Below, one piece after another: positions 43,219 through 46,990 of a DNA stretch of 46,990 bases; position 1 is the first letter of the stretch; every line of letters begins with the position of its first letter. This DNA is from an uncultured Candidatus Rokubacteria bacterium (GTDB lineage Bacteria > Methylomirabilota > Methylomirabilia > Rokubacteriales > DASRDR01): assembly GCA_963708025.1 (NCBI GenBank), contig CAVPSB010000004.1, positions 1 to 46,990 on the forward strand, given 5' to 3'. The notes under the pieces are model-generated. The model was given only the letters and a program-made list of their open reading frames with translations. It made no database searches and had not been told where the DNA came from. Made by a program: the position numbers and the translations under genes.

Positions 43219-44178
43219 TCACGCCCACGAGCGCTCGCGCGCCCTGATCCATACCATGCTCGCTCCCGCGACGATCAGGGCGAAGACCACGATGACGGCG
43301 GAGCCGTAGCCGATGTCCAGGTACTTGAAGGCCTGATTGTAGGCGTACACGTAGAGCGTCTCCGAGCCGAAGCCCGGCCCCCCCGCCGTGATCACCCAGA
43401 TGAGGTCGAACACCTTGAGCGCGTCGATGGTGCGGAACATCAGCACGACGACCAGCACGGGCTGGAGCAGCGGCACGGTGATGCGCCAGAAGATCTGCCA
43501 GCGCGAGGCCCCGTCGATCATCGCCGACTCGAACGGCTCGAGCGGCAACGACCGGAGGCCGGCCAGGAGGATCAGCATCGCGAAGGGCGCGAAGTGCCAG
43601 ACGTCGACCAGCACGATGCTCGGGATCGCCAGCCGGGGGTCGGCGACCCAGAGGCTCGGGGGCAGCCCGACGAGCTGCAGGAAGTAGTTGAGGACGCCCA
43701 GGGTGGGGTTGAACATCATCATCCACACCAGCGAGGTCGCGACGGGCGTGGCGACCATCGGCAGCAGGAACGCCGTGCGGGCCCACCGGGCACCGCGGAA
43801 GTCCCGGTTCAGGATCAGGGCCATCACCATCCCGAGCACGATCGACCCGGTCACGGAGAGCGCCGTGAAGTAGCACGTGCGCCCGAAGGCGTCCCAGAAC
43901 CGCTCGTTCGTCAGCGCCGTCAGGTAGTGGCTGAGCCCGACGAGGGTGTACCCCCGGAGCGTGAGGTCGTAGGTCCGGATGCTCAGCAGGAGCGTGTAGA
44001 CGAGCGGGTAGACCATGAGCCCGAGGACCAGACACAACGCGGGCAACGGGAAAAGAATGTGCAGGTGCCCGTCCACGAAGCCGATCGCGCGGGCGCCGAG
44101 CGGCCTCGGGCTGACACCCGGGCGCCCGTCGGGGGCCACGGCCGACACCCCCCTCTCGGGCGGCGATCCGGATCGCAC
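43219..44178 (-). CDS. Carbohydrate ABC permease (MalF-like)
   Basis: ESAMIDGAS, DALKVFD, TAGGPG. Confidence 0.93.
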   Translation of the reverse strand: MRSGSPPERGVSAVAPDGRPGVSPRPLGARAIGFVDGHLHILFPLPALCLVLGLMVYPLVYTLLLSIRTYDLTLRGYTLVGLSHYLTALTNERFWDAFGRTCYFTALSVTGSIVLGMVMALILNRDFRGARWARTAFLLPMVATPVATSLVWMMMFNPTLGVLNYFLQLVGLPPSLWVADPRLAIPSIVLVDVWHFAPFAMLILLAGLRSLPLEPFESAMIDGASRWQIFWRITVPLLQPVLVVVLMFRTIDALKVFDLIWVITAGGPGFGSETLYVYAYNQAFKYLDIGYGSAVIVVFALIVAGASMVWIRARERSWA

Positions 44179-44252
44179 GCGCCGGCCCCGGCCCTAGCGT
44201 CGGACCCCGGCGCCGATCCCCCGGGCGGACGAGGAGGCGGGGCCCCGGGATG

Positions 44253-45624
44253 TCACGACTTCTTCGCGCGCTCCTCCTTGAGGAGGTCGACGCACTGGGT
44301 GAACGCGATGCTCAGCGCCGCCTTGACGTTGCCCCCCTGGATGGCGGTCACGATGACCTGACCGATGTAGTCGCGGGCCTTCGAGACGTTGGTGATGGAG
44401 AGCGGGGCCACGCCGGGGTAGTTGATCTGCGCCGAGGCGCGGCCGGTCTCCAGGAACTCGGGATCGAGCGCCTTCACCACCTCCGGATCGACCCACGCCG
44501 ACTGGCGCGGCGCCAGGCCGCCCTTCAGCATGTACTGCTTCGACGTCGTCTTGTCGCTGAGGTACTGCACGAGGGCCCAGGAGGCCTCCTTCTGCTTGCC
44601 GAGCGCCGAGATCGCCAGCCCGTTGACGTTCGGCTGGTAGGGCGGCAGGCCCCGCCAGTCGGCGGACCGCGGGCCCGTGGGCGCCGAGGGCGTAGCCGAC
44701 CTTGCCGGCGACCGTCGACTTCGACGGGTCGGCGAAGATCGTGATGAACGTGATGTCGTCGAACAGCATGGCCGCGCGCCCCTGGCTGAAGATGCTCGTG
44801 ACCTCCGCCCAGTGGTTGTTCACCGAGCCCGGCGGCCCGTACTCGCGCAGGATCGATCCCCACCACTCGAAGGCGGCCAGCGCCTCCGGCGTGTTGAATG
44901 CGACGTCGCCGCTCGTGCGGTTGAACCACTGCCCGCCGAAGTCGTAGAGGACGGGCGCGAACATCGAGGTGGCCGCCGCCCCCTTGCCCCGAAGCACGAT
45001 TCCGAACACCTGCTTGTTGGTGCCCTCGTGGATCACCTTGGCCGCGTTCTTCACGTCCTGCCACGTCTTGGGGCGCTCGAGCTTGAACTGCTGGAAGAGG
45101 TCCCGGCGGTAGTAGAGGATCGGGAGCGCCGCGGCGCGATCGGGGATGATCGGGACCTGCCCCTCGATCGTGGCCGCGTCCCGCACGTTGGGGATGAAGT
45201 CGTCCCAGGCGAAGTCCGGGCTGGTCAGCTCGGGGTTCCTGATCATCGGCCGCATGTCCGTGTACCACCCCGACGTGAAGAACTGCTTGCCTTCCTGCGC
45301 GTAGTAGCTGAGGAAGACGTCCAGATCGGTGGCGCCGCCAAGGTGCTCGACCTTGACCTTCTGGCGCCACAGGTCCTCGGGCAGCATCTCCCACTGGACC
45401 TTGATCCCGGTCAGCTGCTCGAACTCCGCGAGGCGCGCCTGCTGGATCTCCGACAGCGGGAACTTGAGGGTGAGCACGCGGAGCTTGGCGCCGGCGTGCT
45501 TGCGCCAGTTGAACGTCTGGGCGCCCGCCGGGACCGCGATCCCACCCTGGCCCAGGGCCGCCAGGGCCGAGCCGCCGGCGAGCCCTGCCAGGAATCTGCG
45601 CCGCGACAGGGGTCCAGCCATCAT
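44253..45624 (-). CDS. Carbohydrate ABC substrate-binding protein with Tat signal; frameshifted near 44660
   Basis: LSRRRFLAG, EFEQLTGIKV, LYYRRDLF, FSQGRAAM. Confidence 0.9.
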
Positions 45625-45802
45625 GGCCTCCTCTCCGTGTTGAGGGCGTCATCCGGCACGCACCATGGCGACGCGCCGCCACCGGGTTCCGCCGGCGAGC
45701 CGACTGCCGGTCGATCATAGGCGAGGATCGATCCCGGTCGCAATGGGCCCGGTGGCCGGCCGGCCGTCCGGCAGGTACGATGGCGCTGACGGAGGCAAGA
45801 CG

Positions 45803-46990
45803 ATGGTAACGGCGACGGCTTGAGTGTCCTCGCTGCGGGCCGGGGTACGCCGCCAGCCGCTCTTCGACTCTGGCCCGGCCTGCGCGCGGCTTGGGCGCCA
45901 ACCTCTGGCCGGCGCGACGACGAGGCCGCCGCGGCCCGGACGCTGACGTGGCGAGCCTCGCTGGGCGCCCCTGGACATGTGGCGCTACGCCGAGCCGCTG
46001 CCGGTTGACCCGGCCCGGCGCGTCACGTCGGCGAGGGCGGCACGCCGCTGACCGAGCTGCCGCGGCTGGCCGGCCGCCACGGCCTGGCCCGCTTACGCCG
46101 AGGACGAGACCCGCAACCCGACCTGGTCGTTCAAGGCGGCCGGCCGCGTCGCGTGTCGAAGGCGGTGGAGGCGGGGCGGGGTCGGCTCGACTCCTCGACC
46201 GGGACCAGGGCGCGGCCACCGCCGGCCACGCGGCCAAGGCGGGCCTGCCGGCGGTGGTCTTCACCTTCGGGCGGGTGCCCTGGACCATGAAGGTCTTCAT
46301 GGCGGTCAACGGCGCGATGGTGCTGCAGGTTGACGATGATGGGCTCGCCGGCGCACCCTCGAGGCCTGCGTCCGTGAGCTTCACTGTACCCCGTCTGGAT
46401 CGTCAGCGATCTTCCTGTTGGCGCGAACCCCGATGGCGTGGAGGGGTACAAGACCATCGCGTTCGAGATCCGCGAGCAGCTGACTGGCGGCGGCCGGACG
46501 TCACCGCGTCCCGACCGACTACGGCGACGCCCTGGCCCGCGCGGAGAAGGGCCTCCGGGAGCTCCGGAGTCTGGGCTGATCGGCCGGCTTCCCCGGCGGC
46601 GGCGCCGAGCGCTTCGGCCCCCTCAGCCGGGCCCTGGCCGCCGGCCTTGATCCGTCCCGCCCGTCCTGACCGGTCCTACGGTGGCGATCTCGATCGACGC
46701 CGCGACAGCATGATCCAGGCGCGTGACGCGATCCGCGCCACCAGCGGACCGCCATCGCGGTGCCCGAAGAGGCGATCATCGCCACCCAGCTCGAGGCTGC
46801 CCGGGCCGACGGCCTCTTCCCCCGAGCCATCGTCGGCGTGCGCGCTGGCCGGCGCGCGCTTGCTGCGCGAGCAGGGCTGGATCAGCCCGGACGAGACCGT
46901 CGTCGCCTTCATCACCTCGATGGGGCTGAAGGACCCCGCCGCCACCCGCCCGCACCTCCCCGAGCCACCGTTCGTCGAGCCGACCGTCGA
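45803..46990 (+). CDS. Threonine synthase-like PLP enzyme; heavily frameshifted, runs off the window
   Basis: CPRCG, MWRYAEPLP, EGGTPL, DETRNPTWSFK, EGYKTIAFEI, FPEPSSA, FITSMGLKDP. Confidence 0.8.

Overview
A very GC-rich bacterial window. Gene content and style suggest Candidatus Rokubacteria/Methylomirabilota, which is an inference only. Many genes carry single-base indels in patches, most likely long-read consensus errors. (1) 1-18.4 kb is an arsenic/oxyanion island: a Cys-tailed flavoprotein, an ArsK-like MFS, an ArsR-type operator, acr3, arsC, a divergent AqpS-like aquaporin, a sigma54-driven Tat-exported TtrB/TtrA-type molybdoenzyme pair with no membrane anchor, two CMD/AhpD proteins, FmdE, a SigZ-like ECF sigma factor, arsA, an integrase remnant, a ModE-like regulator and TauE. 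It ends at the 3' half of a tRNA-Lys(TTT) flanked by 14-bp direct repeats (att site). (2) 18.7-21.9 kb holds groES-groEL with a CIRCE element, then a back-to-back DUF1428/YciI deletion scar. (3) 21.9-29.4 kb is an IclR/LLM/NMT1-ABC/SDR catabolic cluster plus a ureohydrolase that has lost its metal ligands. (4) 29.6-35.4 kb is a tightly coupled operon of unknown function: two AsnB-like ligases without the catalytic N-terminal Cys flank a Zn-ribbon/2-TM/TopoVI-A-type Toprim protein with an acidic tail, followed by a K+ channel with RCK domains. (5) 35.4-47 kb holds DinB, a peptide ABC transporter, a lipoprotein, two Gfo/Idh/MocA enzymes, a sugar ABC transporter and a partial threonine synthase-like gene. 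The best candidates for an undescribed system are the operon in (4) and the Ttr-type reductase module inside the arsenic island.
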